From assembly GCA_023150455.1 (NCBI GenBank), contig JAKLKW010000001.1:74907-138906 (forward strand): 64,000 bases of DNA. Reading direction: 5' to 3'. Below, in pieces: positions 37,089 to 47,983 of this stretch. Source of the stretch: Alphaproteobacteria bacterium (GTDB taxonomy: Bacteria > Pseudomonadota > Alphaproteobacteria > JAEULC01). Position numbers and translations under genes: made by a program. Within the stretch, counting starts at the first letter, position 1. Every line of letters starts with the position of its first letter. Below the pieces are notes generated by a model. That model saw only the letters and a list, made by a program, of their open reading frames with translations. It made no database searches and had not been told where the DNA came from.

Positions 37089-38288
37089 ATGATGCCGTTC
37101 CGTCCCGCCTCGTCCGCGCTCAAACGCTTCACCGTGCTCGACCTCACGCGCGTGCGGTCCGGCCCGACGGCGGTGCGGCAGCTGGCCGACTGGGGCGCCA
37201 ACGTCATCAAGATCGAGATGCCGGAAGGGCTCGAGCCGGGCGACGCGCCGGGCGGGCCGCGCCACGGCTCGGACTTCCAGAACCTGCACCGCAACAAGCG
37301 CAGCATGACGCTGAACCTGAAGTCGCCCGAGGGCGTCGAGATACTCAAGGCGATGGCCGGGAAGGCGGACGCGATCGTCGAGAACTTCCGCCCCGACGTG
37401 AAGACGCGGCTCGGCATCGACTACGAGGCGATGCGCGCGGTCAACCCGCGCATCGTCTACGGCAGCATCTCGGGCTTCGGCCAGGACGGGCCGTATCGCG
37501 ACCGGCCGGGCTTCGACCAGATCGCCCAGGGCATGGGCGGGCTGATGTGGATCACCGGCATGCCGGGGCAGGGACCGGTGCGCGTCGGCATCCCGATCGC
37601 CGACCTCACCGCCGGCATCTTCTGCGCCTACGGCATCGTCGTGGCGCTGCTCGAGCGCGAGGTGTCGGGCCAGGGCCAGTGGGTGCACACCTCGCTGCTG
37701 CAGGCGCAGATCTTCATGCTCGACTTCCAGGCCTCGCGCTGGCTGATGGACGGCGAGGTGCCGCCGCAGGCGGGCAACAACCATCCGACCAGCATCCCGA
37801 CCGGCGTGTTCAAGACCGCGGACGGCCACATCAACATCGCCGTCACCGGCCGCAAGATCTGGGAGCGGTTCTGCCACGCGATCGGCGCCGCCGACCTGAT
37901 CGACCACAAGGACTATGCGACTGCCGCCGACCGGTCGAAGAACCGCAACGCGCTCAATGCCGAGATCGAGAAGCGGCTCCAGGGCATGGGCAGCGACGCG
38001 GTGATCGAGAAGCTCAACGCCGCGGGCGTGCCCTGCGGACAGATCTACAAGATGGACCAGGTCTTCGCCGATCCGCAGGTCGAGCACCTGAAGACCTATG
38101 TCGAGATCGACTCGCCCGCCCGCGGCCCGGCCACCAGGTTCGTGGCCCAGCCGGTCCGGCTCGAGCGCACGCCGAGCTCGGGCCAGCTGCCGCCGCCCGG
38201 GATCGGCCAGCACACGGACGAGATCCTGCGCGAGTTCGGCTACGACGACGCGGCGATCGCCGGCTTCCGCCAGCGCCGCGTCGTCTGA
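37089..38288 (+). CDS. Family III CoA-transferase (second copy; CaiB/BaiF/Frc family)
   Basis: FTVLDLTRVRSGPTAVRQLADWGANVIKIE, ENFRPDVKTRLGIDYE; 399 aa; divergent from gntR. Confidence 0.85.
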   Translation: MMPFRPASSALKRFTVLDLTRVRSGPTAVRQLADWGANVIKIEMPEGLEPGDAPGGPRHGSDFQNLHRNKRSMTLNLKSPEGVEILKAMAGKADAIVENFRPDVKTRLGIDYEAMRAVNPRIVYGSISGFGQDGPYRDRPGFDQIAQGMGGLMWITGMPGQGPVRVGIPIADLTAGIFCAYGIVVALLEREVSGQGQWVHTSLLQAQIFMLDFQASRWLMDGEVPPQAGNNHPTSIPTGVFKTADGHINIAVTGRKIWERFCHAIGAADLIDHKDYATAADRSKNRNALNAEIEKRLQGMGSDAVIEKLNAAGVPCGQIYKMDQVFADPQVEHLKTYVEIDSPARGPATRFVAQPVRLERTPSSGQLPPPGIGQHTDEILREFGYDDAAIAGFRQRRVV

Positions 38289-38310
38289 CACGCTCAAAGG
38301 AGATAGGGAC

Positions 38311-39099
38311 ATGACGACGGAAAAGATGCTGGCGCGCAAGGACGGCGCCGTCGGCTGGATGAAGTTCAACAACCCCGAGCGGCACAATGCCGTGTCCCTC
38401 GAGATGTGGCGCGCGGCGGAGAAGATACTGTCCGACTTCGCCGAGGATCCGGCGGTGCGCGTCATCGCCATCACCGGCGCCGGCGGCAAGGCCTTCGTGT
38501 CGGGCGCCGACATCTCGAAGTTCGAGAGCGAGCGCGCCTCGATGGAGGCGGTCGAGCACTACAACAGGACGACCGCCCGCGTGTACAGCATGCTGAACGA
38601 CATCGGCAAGCCGACCATCGCCATGATCCGCGGCTACTGCATCGGCGGCGGTGTGGCGCTGGCCGTGTGCTGCGACCTGCGCATCTGCTCGGACAACTCG
38701 AAGTTCGGCGTGCCGGCGGCCAAGCTCGGGCTCGGCTATGCCCTGCCGGGCATCAAGCGGCTGGTCGACCTGGTCGGTCCTTCCTTCGCCAAGGAGATCT
38801 TCTTCACCGCCCGCCAGTTCTCGGCCGCGGAAGCGGCGGTGATGGGCCTCGTCAACCGGGTCGTGCCCGAGGCCGAGCTGCAGGACTACGTGCAGAACTA
38901 CGCCGACACGATCGCCGGCAACGCGCCGCTCACCGTATGCTCGGTCAAACGGATCGTCGGCGAGGCGCTGAAGGACGCCGAGCAGCGCGACGTCGCCCTG
39001 TGTGAGCGCCTGGTCAAGGAATGCTTCGGCAGCCAGGACTACATCGAGGGCCGCCGCGCCTTCATGGAGAAGCGCAAGCCTGCATTCGTCGGGCGGTAG
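38311..39099 (+). CDS. Enoyl-CoA hydratase/isomerase (crotonase) family protein
   Basis: Crotonase fold blocks (..ITGAGGKAFVSGADISKF.., ..IAMIRGYCIGGGVALAVCCDLRI..); 262 aa. Confidence 0.85.
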   Translation: MTTEKMLARKDGAVGWMKFNNPERHNAVSLEMWRAAEKILSDFAEDPAVRVIAITGAGGKAFVSGADISKFESERASMEAVEHYNRTTARVYSMLNDIGKPTIAMIRGYCIGGGVALAVCCDLRICSDNSKFGVPAAKLGLGYALPGIKRLVDLVGPSFAKEIFFTARQFSAAEAAVMGLVNRVVPEAELQDYVQNYADTIAGNAPLTVCSVKRIVGEALKDAEQRDVALCERLVKECFGSQDYIEGRRAFMEKRKPAFVGR

Positions 39100-39119
39100 G
39101 TCAGCGCGTCGCATGGGCG

Positions 39120-39230
39120 GCGAGCCAGCGTCCTTCGACAAGCTCAGGACGAGGTAATAGTCTTACCGGCGGAAACAACAGTCCTCATCCTGAGCTTGTC
39201 GCCCTTCGGCCAGCCCAGGAGACGCTGGCG
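39120..39230. repeat. Palindromic intergenic repeat, copy A (hairpin GCCAGCGTCCTTCGACAAGCTCAGGACGAGG...CCTCATCCTGAGCTTGTCGCCCTTCGGCCAGCCCAGGAGACGCTGGC)
   Basis: Seen directly; related copies at about 45006-45094 and about 60560-60705. Confidence 0.5.
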
Positions 39231-41015
39231 ATGTCTGCCCCCGGAGGAACCATGCCCGTGCTTTCCACCGACACGACGACCGCGGCGCCGCAGGGGATCG
39301 CCTCGCTGAGGCCGACCATCGCGGCGCATGACCACATGGCGGTGGCCGGGCATTACGGCGCGGCGCATGCGGCCTTCCGCGTGCTCGAGGCAGGCGGCAA
39401 CGCGGTCGATGCCGGCGTCGCCGGCGGCATCGCGCTCGGGGTGCTGCAGAGCGACATCGTGAACGTGGCCGGCGTGGCGCCGATCCTGATCTACCTGGCC
39501 GAACGCGACGAGGTGGTGTCGATCGCCGGGCTCGGCACCTGGCCCGCCGCGGCCGATGTCGAGCGCTTCCGGCGCGAGTTCGGCGGCCATGTCCCGAGCG
39601 GCATCCTGCGCACCGTCGTGCCGGCGGCACCCGCCGCCTGGATCGCCGCGCTCGAGCGCTTCGGCACGATGAGCTTCGGCGAGGTCGCCGCGGCCGCGAT
39701 CCGCTTCGCGCGCGACGGCTTCGCGCTGCACCAGCTGATGGCCGAGATCATCGCCGAGCACGAGGCCGACTACCGCAAGCAGCCGGAGAAGGCGGCGATC
39801 TACCTGCCGGGCGGCCGTCCGCCCAGGGCCGGCGACAAGTTCGTGCAGGCCGACCTCGCGCGCACACTGCAGTTCATGGCCGACGAGGAGAGGAAGGCGG
39901 CCGGCAGGGGGCGCGCGGCGGGGCTCCAGGCCGCGCGCGACGCCTTCTACAAGGGAGACATCGCCCGGGCGATCGTCAAGCATCACCGCGCCAACGGCGG
40001 CTGGATGGAAGCGGCGGACCTCGCCGGCTTCGCTGCCGAGATCGAGCCGGCGGTGCGCGTGCGCTACAAGCAGTACGACGTCTTCACCTGCCCGGCCTGG
40101 TGCCAGGGCCCGGCCATGGCCCAGGCCTTCAAGCTGGTCGACGGCATCGACCTGCGCGGCCTCGGGCACAACTCGCCGGCCTACCTGCACGTCGTGGCCG
40201 AGGCGCTGAAGCTCGCCTTCGCCGACCGCGAGCGCTATTTCGGCGATCCGCGCTTCGTCGACGTGCCGGTCGCGCGCCTGCTGTCGGACGACTACATCCG
40301 CGCGCGGCGTGCCCTGATCCGTCCCGACCGCGCCTTCCCGGGCCTGCCGCCCGCGGGCGAGCTCGGCGGGCGTGGCGGCGCCGAGCCGCGGCCCTCGGCG
40401 GCGGCATCGCGGCCGGCGCTCGACACGTCCTATGTCTGCGTCGTCGACAAAGAGGGCAACGCCTTCTCGGCGACGCCGAGCGACAGCTCCTATGACGGCG
40501 AGGTGATCCCCGGCACCGGCCTGGTGCCGTCGACGCGCGGCAGCCAGAACTGGTGCGAGCCTTCGCATCCCTCGGTGGTGGCGCCCGGCAAGCGCCCGCG
40601 CCTGACGCCGAGCCCGGCGCTGGCGCTGGGCCGGCGCGGCCGCAAGGGCAGGGAGGTGCTTCCCTTCGGCACGCCGGGCGGCGACGTGCAGATCCAGGCC
40701 ATGCTGCAAACCTTCCTCAACCGCGTCGAGTTCGCCATGGAGCCGCAGCGCGCGGTCGAGCAGCCGCGCATCGCCACCTACAGCTTCCCGGACTCGTTCG
40801 AGCCGCACGGCTACCAGCCCGGAAGGCTCAACCTCGAGGCCCGCCTGCCGCGCGCCACAGGCGAGGCGCTCGCCGCCCTCGGCCACGACGTGCAGTGGTG
40901 GCCGCAGTGGATCTGGCGCGCCGGCGCCACCTGCCTGATCCACAGCGACCCCGACACCGGGCTGCTGTCCGCCGGCGCCGACCCGCGCCGCGCCTGCTAC
41001 GCGCTGGGGTGGTGA
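39231..41015 (+). CDS. Gamma-glutamyltransferase family protein (second GGT paralog, no signal peptide)
   Basis: N-terminal GGT block (..AGHYGAAHAAFRVLEAGGNAVDAGVAGG..) and nucleophile region RPALDTSYVCVVDKEGNAFSATPSD; 594 aa from ATG 39231. Confidence 0.8.
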   Translation: MSAPGGTMPVLSTDTTTAAPQGIASLRPTIAAHDHMAVAGHYGAAHAAFRVLEAGGNAVDAGVAGGIALGVLQSDIVNVAGVAPILIYLAERDEVVSIAGLGTWPAAADVERFRREFGGHVPSGILRTVVPAAPAAWIAALERFGTMSFGEVAAAAIRFARDGFALHQLMAEIIAEHEADYRKQPEKAAIYLPGGRPPRAGDKFVQADLARTLQFMADEERKAAGRGRAAGLQAARDAFYKGDIARAIVKHHRANGGWMEAADLAGFAAEIEPAVRVRYKQYDVFTCPAWCQGPAMAQAFKLVDGIDLRGLGHNSPAYLHVVAEALKLAFADRERYFGDPRFVDVPVARLLSDDYIRARRALIRPDRAFPGLPPAGELGGRGGAEPRPSAAASRPALDTSYVCVVDKEGNAFSATPSDSSYDGEVIPGTGLVPSTRGSQNWCEPSHPSVVAPGKRPRLTPSPALALGRRGRKGREVLPFGTPGGDVQIQAMLQTFLNRVEFAMEPQRAVEQPRIATYSFPDSFEPHGYQPGRLNLEARLPRATGEALAALGHDVQWWPQWIWRAGATCLIHSDPDTGLLSAGADPRRACYALGW

Positions 41016-41139
41016 AAGCAGCCTCGCGCCTGCCTGCGGCGGGCCAGGGTTGAACGGTTGAGCCGCCCGCCTTCCTCACCTAGGATGCGGCGGCGAGAAG
41101 CAACAACCGCCGGGGCAGGCGGGAGCAGGGGGCCTTTCC

Positions 41140-42081
41140 ATGTACGCCTTCATGGCGCGACGCCTGTTGGCATCGATCCCGGTGATCGTCGTGGTGGCGG
41201 CGTTCGTCTTCCTGCTGCTGCACATCGCGCCCGGCGATCCGGCCGCGATCATCGCCGGCGACATCGCCACCGAGGCGCAGATCCAGAGCATCCGCGTCCG
41301 GCTCGGCCTCGACCAGCCGCTCCACGTGCAGTTCTTCCAGTGGGCGGCGCATCTCGTCCGCGGCGACCTGGGCACGTCGATCTTCTCCAACCTGCCGGTC
41401 AGCCGGCTGATTGGCCAGCGCCTGGAGCCGACCATCGCGCTCACCGTGCTGACGATGATCTTCGCCATCGTCGTGGCCGTGCCGATCGGCGTGATCGCCG
41501 CCTGGCGCGCCGGCACCTGGATCGACCGCTCGATCATGGGTTTCGCCGTGCTGGGCTTCTCGGTGCCGGTCTTCGCCCTCGGCTATTTCCTGATCTGGGT
41601 GTTCGCGGTCCGGCTCGAGGTCCTGCCGGTGCAGGGCTACCAGCCGCTCAGCGCCGGGCTCGGCAAGTTCCTCGAGAGCATCCTGCTGCCGTCGCTGGCG
41701 CTGGGCATCGTCTACATCGCGCTGATCGCGCGCATGACGCGCGCCAGCATGATCGAGGTCTTGAGCCAGGACTACGTGCGCACCGCGCACGCCAAGGGCC
41801 TGTCGCAGCTGCCGATCCTGCTCATCCATGCGCTCAAGCCCGCCTCGGTGCCGATCGTCACCACGATCGGCATCGGCGTCGCGCTGCTGCTCGGCGGCGT
41901 GGTGGTGACGGAGAGCGTGTTCAACATCCCCGGCCTCGGCCGGCTGACGGTCGACGCGATCCTGCATCGCGACTACCCCGTGATCCAGGGTGTGATCCTG
42001 GTCTTCGCCGTCATCTACCTCGCCATCAACCTGGCCGTGGACCTGATCTACACGGTCCTCGATCCGCGCATCCGGTACTGA
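41140..42081 (+). CDS. ABC transporter permease, DppB/OppB-type
   Basis: 313 aa, conserved N-terminus MARRLLASIPVIVVVAAFVFLLLHIAPGDP and EAA-loop region (..MTRASMIEVLSQDYVRTAHAKGLS..). Confidence 0.9.
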   Translation: MYAFMARRLLASIPVIVVVAAFVFLLLHIAPGDPAAIIAGDIATEAQIQSIRVRLGLDQPLHVQFFQWAAHLVRGDLGTSIFSNLPVSRLIGQRLEPTIALTVLTMIFAIVVAVPIGVIAAWRAGTWIDRSIMGFAVLGFSVPVFALGYFLIWVFAVRLEVLPVQGYQPLSAGLGKFLESILLPSLALGIVYIALIARMTRASMIEVLSQDYVRTAHAKGLSQLPILLIHALKPASVPIVTTIGIGVALLLGGVVVTESVFNIPGLGRLTVDAILHRDYPVIQGVILVFAVIYLAINLAVDLIYTVLDPRIRY

Positions 42082-42085
42082 CGCC

Positions 42086-42957
42086 GTGACCGTCGCCGCA
42101 CTTCCGGAAACCACGGCACGGCGCCGCCGTTCGCCGCTGACGGAGGCGATCCGCCGCCATCCCACGGTCACCGCGGGCCTCGCGATCATGGCGGTGCTGG
42201 TGGCGATGGCGGTGCTGGCGCCCTATCTCTGGACCATCGACCCGATGAAGCTCGACCCGCGCTTCCGCCTCAAGCCGCCGTCGGAGCGCAACTGGTTCGG
42301 CACCGACCATCTCGGCCGCGACCTCTACAGCCGCGTGATCTACGGCAGCCGCGTGTCGCTGCAGGTCGGCCTCGCCGTGGCCGTGGTGGCGACGCTGATC
42401 GGCACGGCGATCGGGCTCGTCGCCGGGTTCCTGCGCTGGGTCGACGCCCTGGTGATGCGCGTCATGGACGGGCTGATGGCGGTGCCGGGCGTGCTGCTGG
42501 CGATCGCGCTGATGGCGCTGACGCGCGCCAGCCTCGAGACCGTCGTGATCGCGATCGTCATCCCCGAGGTGCCGCGCGTGGTGCGCCTGGTGCGCTCGGT
42601 GGTCCTGACCCTGCGCGAGCAGGCCTTCGTCGAGGCCGCCGAGGCGATCGGCACCCGCTTCCACCGCGTGCTGGCGAAGCACATCCTGCCAAACGCCGTG
42701 GCGCCGCTGATCGTGCAGGCGACCTACATCTGCGCCTCGGCCATGATCCTCGAGGCGATCCTGAGCTTCCTCGGCGCCGGCACGCCGCCGACCATCCCGA
42801 GCTGGGGCAACATCATGGCCGAGGGAAGGCAGTACGTGCGCGTCGCCTTCTGGCTGCTGGGCTTCCCCGGCCTGTTCCTGACGCTGACCGTGCTGGCGGT
42901 GAACCTGCTCGGCGACGGCCTGCGCGACATGCTCGATCCCCGCATGCGGCGGCGGCT

Positions 42958-42961
<4 letters not shown>
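42086..42961 (+). CDS. ABC transporter permease, DppC/OppC-type
   Basis: 291 aa; GTG start; typical DppC body (..NWFGTDHLGRDLYSRVIYGSRVSL.., EAA region). Confidence 0.9.
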
Positions 42962-44018
<1,057 letters not shown>

Positions 44019-44022
<4 letters not shown>

Positions 44023-45005
44023 CCGCGAGCATGGCCCAGGCGGCATCGCCGCTGCTCGATGTCCGCGGCCTGGTGAAGCATTTCGTCATCGGCGGCGGCT
44101 TCCTCGGCAAGCCCAAGGCCACGGTGCGCGCCGTCGACGGCATCGACTTCAGCCTGAACGCGGGCGAGACGCTGGGCCTGGTCGGTGAGAGCGGCTGCGG
44201 CAAGTCGACCGCGGGCAAGACGATCCTGCGCCTGCTGGCGCCGACGTCCGGCACGATCCACCTGCGCGGCGCGGACATCTCGGGCCTCAGCAAGGCCGAG
44301 ATGCGCCCCTACCGGCGCGACATGCAGGTGATCTTCCAGGACCCGTATTCCTCGCTCAACCCGCGCATGAACGCCGGCGAGATCGTCGGCGAGCCGATGC
44401 TGAACTACGGGCTCGCCACCGCGTCCGAGCGGCGCGGGAAGGTGGCCGAGCTGTTCCAGCGCGTCGGCCTGCGCGCCGACTCGATGGTGAAGTACCCGCA
44501 TGAGTTCTCCGGCGGCCAGCGCCAGCGCCTGGGCATCGCGCGCGCGCTCGCGCTCCAGCCCGGCCTGATCATCTGCGACGAGCCGGTTTCCGCGCTCGAC
44601 GTCTCGGTGCAGGCGCAGATCATCAACCTCCTGATCGACCTGCAGCAGTCCTTCGGTCTGTCCTACCTGTTCATCGCGCACGACCTCGCCGTCGTGCAGC
44701 ACATCAGCCAGCGCGTCGCCGTGATGTATCTCGGCAAGATCGTCGAGCTGGCGCCGACCGGCGAGCTCTTCGCCAACCCGCTTCATCCCTACACCGAGGC
44801 GCTGCTCGCCGCCGTGCCCGCGGCGAACCCGAAGGAGCGCAGGACGCGCGCGCTCTTGACCGGCGACGTGCCGAGCCCGATCAGCCCGCCCCCCGGCTGC
44901 CGCTTCCACACCCGCTGCCCCCACGCCGAGGCCCGCTGCAAGCTCGAGGAGCCGGCGCTGAAGCAGACGGCCGCTGGGCACAGCGTCGCGTGCCATCTGC
45001 GGTAA
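44019..45005 (+). CDS. ABC transporter ATP-binding protein, DppF/OppF-type
   Basis: Walker [10 protein letters not shown], signature [12 protein letters not shown], Walker B IICDEP; ATGA overlap with the upstream gene. Confidence 0.9.
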
Positions 45006-45094
45006 TGCGGACTCATCCTTCGACAAGCTCAGGATGAGGACTCTTCTTTCGGCACAACCTCGTCCTGAGCCTGCCGAAGGACGCCTGCTCGGTA
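45006..45094. repeat. Palindromic intergenic repeat, copy B (..CTCATCCTTCGACAAGCTCAGGATGAGG...CCTCGTCCTGAGCCTGCCGAAGGA..) between convergent genes
   Basis: Seen directly; same family as 39120-39230 and 60560-60705. Confidence 0.5.
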
Positions 45095-45886
45095 CTACAA
45101 CCCGATCACCATCGGCTGCGTCAGCTGGCGCACGGCCTTGACCACGGCCATGGCGACGATCTTGCCGGTCTTCGGGTTGTCCGCGGTCGGCAGCACGTCC
45201 TCGACGAAATCGAAGCGGCCGAAGGCGCCGCGCGCGTGGATCTCGACCACGTGCGTGCGGATGCCGGGGTCGGCGATGACGGTGAGGCGCGTGCGGTCGA
45301 AGCCGATGCCGGCCAGCGCGGTGGCCGCCGAGATGTTGACGTTCTGCGGGTAGCGCCTGGCGCCCTCGCGCACCGGGCCGTCGTAGAGCACGGCGGGCGC
45401 GGTCAGCCTCGCCAGGTCGAACCGGCCTTCCGCCTCGGTGCCGAGCCAGGCCTCGGGCTGCTTGCGCACGACGATGGTGACCTCGTCCAGCCCGCCGACG
45501 GCGGCGCCGGCGAGGATGTCGAGCGCGCCGATGCCGGCGGACGGCAGGATCAGGCGCTTGCCCGACCGGCGCGCCGCCTCGATCAGGCGCTCGCGCAGGG
45601 CGTCGTCGGTCAACGCGCCGACCGAAGTCACCAGCAGGTCGGCGCCGTTGCGCAGCACATGCTCGCCGTGGTCGCGCACCGCCTGGTGGCCGGCGCCTTC
45701 GATGACGGCGTCGAAGCGGCGCCCGAAAAAGCGGTCGGAATCCGTCATGACCACGGGATCGGCGTCCGGGCGCGGCCGGCGCACCAGGATCGCCTCGATC
45801 GCGACGCCGGGCAGGATGCCGCCGGCGATGGCGTTCGCGACCTCGCGGCCGATCGCGCCGAGGCCGATCAGCCCGAGACGGAACAT
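45095..45886 (-). CDS. Aspartate dehydrogenase-domain protein (NadX-like L-aspartate dehydrogenase family)
   Basis: 263 aa; N-terminal Rossmann LGLIGLGAIGREVA and AspDH-type C-terminal domain. Confidence 0.75.
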   Translation of the reverse strand: MFRLGLIGLGAIGREVANAIAGGILPGVAIEAILVRRPRPDADPVVMTDSDRFFGRRFDAVIEGAGHQAVRDHGEHVLRNGADLLVTSVGALTDDALRERLIEAARRSGKRLILPSAGIGALDILAGAAVGGLDEVTIVVRKQPEAWLGTEAEGRFDLARLTAPAVLYDGPVREGARRYPQNVNISAATALAGIGFDRTRLTVIADPGIRTHVVEIHARGAFGRFDFVEDVLPTADNPKTGKIVAMAVVKAVRQLTQPMVIGL

Positions 45887-45890
45887 GGGC

Positions 45891-46478
45891 TCACGGATAC
45901 ATTCCCATGCGGTCCTGCATGACGCGCCCGAACGCGCGCCGCACCATCGGCTCGAACTCCGCGAGCGGCAGGCGCTCGGCCGTGGGATCGAAGCAGCTCT
46001 GGTCGTAGAGGTCGCAGAACCGCATCGTGTGCTCGAAGAAGGGATGGCCGCGGAACTTCTCGCAGGCCTTGGTGTCGAACTTCGAGTGGGTGCGGAAGCT
46101 GAGCTGGAACACCTGGTGGTTGGCGACCATCCAGTGGTTCGCGGGCTCGAGGAACGGCTTCAAGAGCGTGCCGGCGATGCGGTCGTGGCGCATCGGGTCG
46201 AGGTCCTGCGCCAGGTCGTGCAGCAGGACGGCGACGATGTATTCCTCGTCCTCGCCGTTGCGCAGCGCCTTGGTCGCGGCCGAGAGCGAGTGCTGATAGT
46301 TGTTGACCTGCCAGCCGGTGCTCGGCTCGTCCTTCTGGCTTTCCAGCAGCTTCAGCGCGGCGACCCCGGCGTCGGCGATGTACTTGCGCCGGCCGTTCTC
46401 GACCGCGAACGCCCATTCCTCGGCCGTGGTCTCGGTGAAGCTGGTGGCCGCAACGGTCTTCATGGCGACGGTCCTCAT
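45891..46478 (-). CDS. HD-domain metal-dependent phosphohydrolase/oxygenase-superfamily protein (195 aa)
   Basis: HD motif (..YIVAVLLHDLAQDL..), additional His-rich segments; start overlaps the amidase stop (ATGA). Confidence 0.6.
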   Translation of the reverse strand: MRTVAMKTVAATSFTETTAEEWAFAVENGRRKYIADAGVAALKLLESQKDEPSTGWQVNNYQHSLSAATKALRNGEDEEYIVAVLLHDLAQDLDPMRHDRIAGTLLKPFLEPANHWMVANHQVFQLSFRTHSKFDTKACEKFRGHPFFEHTMRFCDLYDQSCFDPTAERLPLAEFEPMVRRAFGRVMQDRMGMYP

Positions 46479-47914
46479 TGCCTTCTCCCCTTCCTGGCCG
46501 CCTTGGCCCGGCCCAGGTGCCGCACGCCGGGCATCGGGAAGGGGCAGGCCGATTCATACGCCCGCGCGATGCGGAACGCCAAATCCTCGCGGTAGCGCGC
46601 GGTGACCACCTGCAACGCCGCCGGCAGGCCGCCGCGCGTCAGGCCGCAGGGCACCGTCGCCGCCGGCTGCATCGTGAAGTTGAACGGGAAGCAGAACGGG
46701 CTCCAGTCGAACCAGGACTTCATGCCGCGCCCCTTGGGGAACTCGATGCCGGCGTCGAACGCGACCAGCGCGTTCTGCGGCGTGATCAGCGCGTCGTATC
46801 TCTGGTGGAACAGGTTCATGTGCCGGCCGAGATTGTGGCGCGCGTCCCAGGCCAGCAGCAGGTCTCTGGCGGTGACGCGCTTGCCGTCCTCGGCCATGCG
46901 CAGGAAGCCCGGGTCGGCCTCCTTCAGCGCCCTCGGCCCCAGCCGTTCCAGGTTCACCGCCATCGCGCCGGCGTAGTGCGCGTAGAATGGTTCGAACGGA
47001 TCGGCGAATCCCGGGTCCTTCTCCTCGACGATGGCGCCGAGATCGGCCAGCACCTTCACCGCTTTGTCGACCAGCGCCACGAGCTCGCGGTCGACCTTGG
47101 CGTAGCCGAGGTCGCGGCTGTAGGCGATGCGCAGGCCCTTGATGCCGTCCTCGAGCCCGATGCGGTAGTCGCGCCCGTCATAGGGCGGCGCCAGCCAGTC
47201 GCGCGCGTCGGGCTCGGTCATCACGTTGTACATGAGCGCGCCGTCCGGGACCGTGCGCGTGATCGGCCCGACATGCGAGCACATCGGCAGCGTGGCGTAG
47301 GGATGCGACGGCACGCGGCCGAACGTGCCCTTGAAGCCGAACACGCCGCAGAACGCGGCCGGCATGCGGATCGAGCCCGCGCCGTCGGAGCCGAGGTTGA
47401 AGGCGCCGAACCCGGAAGCGGCGGCGATGGCCGCGCCGCCGCTCGACCCGCCGCAGGTCTTGTCCACGTTCCACGGGTTGCGGCTGATGCCCGTGAGCTT
47501 GCAGTCGGTCACGCCCTTCCAGCCGAACTCGGGCATGGTGGTCTTGCCGAGCAGCACCGCGCCATGCTCGCGCAGGCGCGCGACCGGCGGCGAATCCTCG
47601 TTCCATGGCCCCCTGGTGGACGACAGCGTCGAGCCGCGCAGCGTCGACCAGCCCTTGGTCAGCCACTGGTCCTTGATCGTGGTCGGCACGCCGTCGACCA
47701 AGCCCTTGGGCGCGCCCCTCATCCAGCGCCGCTCGGATTCGCGCGCTGCCTTCAGCGCCTGGTCGGGCGCGAACAGGCGAAAGGCCACAACGTGGCGGTC
47801 GTAGCGCCGGATGCGGTCGATCGTCGCCTTGGCCACCTCGACCGGCGACAGCTTGCGCCGGCGAAAGAGGCGCAGCATCTCGGTCGCGGTCATCATCGCG
47901 AGATCGTCGGACAT
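46475..47914 (-). CDS. Amidase (amidase-signature family, GatA-like)
   Basis: AS-family signature GGSSGGAAIAAASGFGAFNLGSDGAGSIRMPAAFCGVFGFKGTFGRV with the Ser-cisSer-Lys region; 479 aa. Confidence 0.85.
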   Translation of the reverse strand: MSDDLAMMTATEMLRLFRRRKLSPVEVAKATIDRIRRYDRHVVAFRLFAPDQALKAARESERRWMRGAPKGLVDGVPTTIKDQWLTKGWSTLRGSTLSSTRGPWNEDSPPVARLREHGAVLLGKTTMPEFGWKGVTDCKLTGISRNPWNVDKTCGGSSGGAAIAAASGFGAFNLGSDGAGSIRMPAAFCGVFGFKGTFGRVPSHPYATLPMCSHVGPITRTVPDGALMYNVMTEPDARDWLAPPYDGRDYRIGLEDGIKGLRIAYSRDLGYAKVDRELVALVDKAVKVLADLGAIVEEKDPGFADPFEPFYAHYAGAMAVNLERLGPRALKEADPGFLRMAEDGKRVTARDLLLAWDARHNLGRHMNLFHQRYDALITPQNALVAFDAGIEFPKGRGMKSWFDWSPFCFPFNFTMQPAATVPCGLTRGGLPAALQVVTARYREDLAFRIARAYESACPFPMPGVRHLGRAKAARKGRRQ

Positions 47915-47983
47915 GGCGTTTCCCCGGGTCGAAGAGAAAGGGCGGCGCCGGAGGCGCCGCCCTGCAGAGGTCTCAAATCGCGG

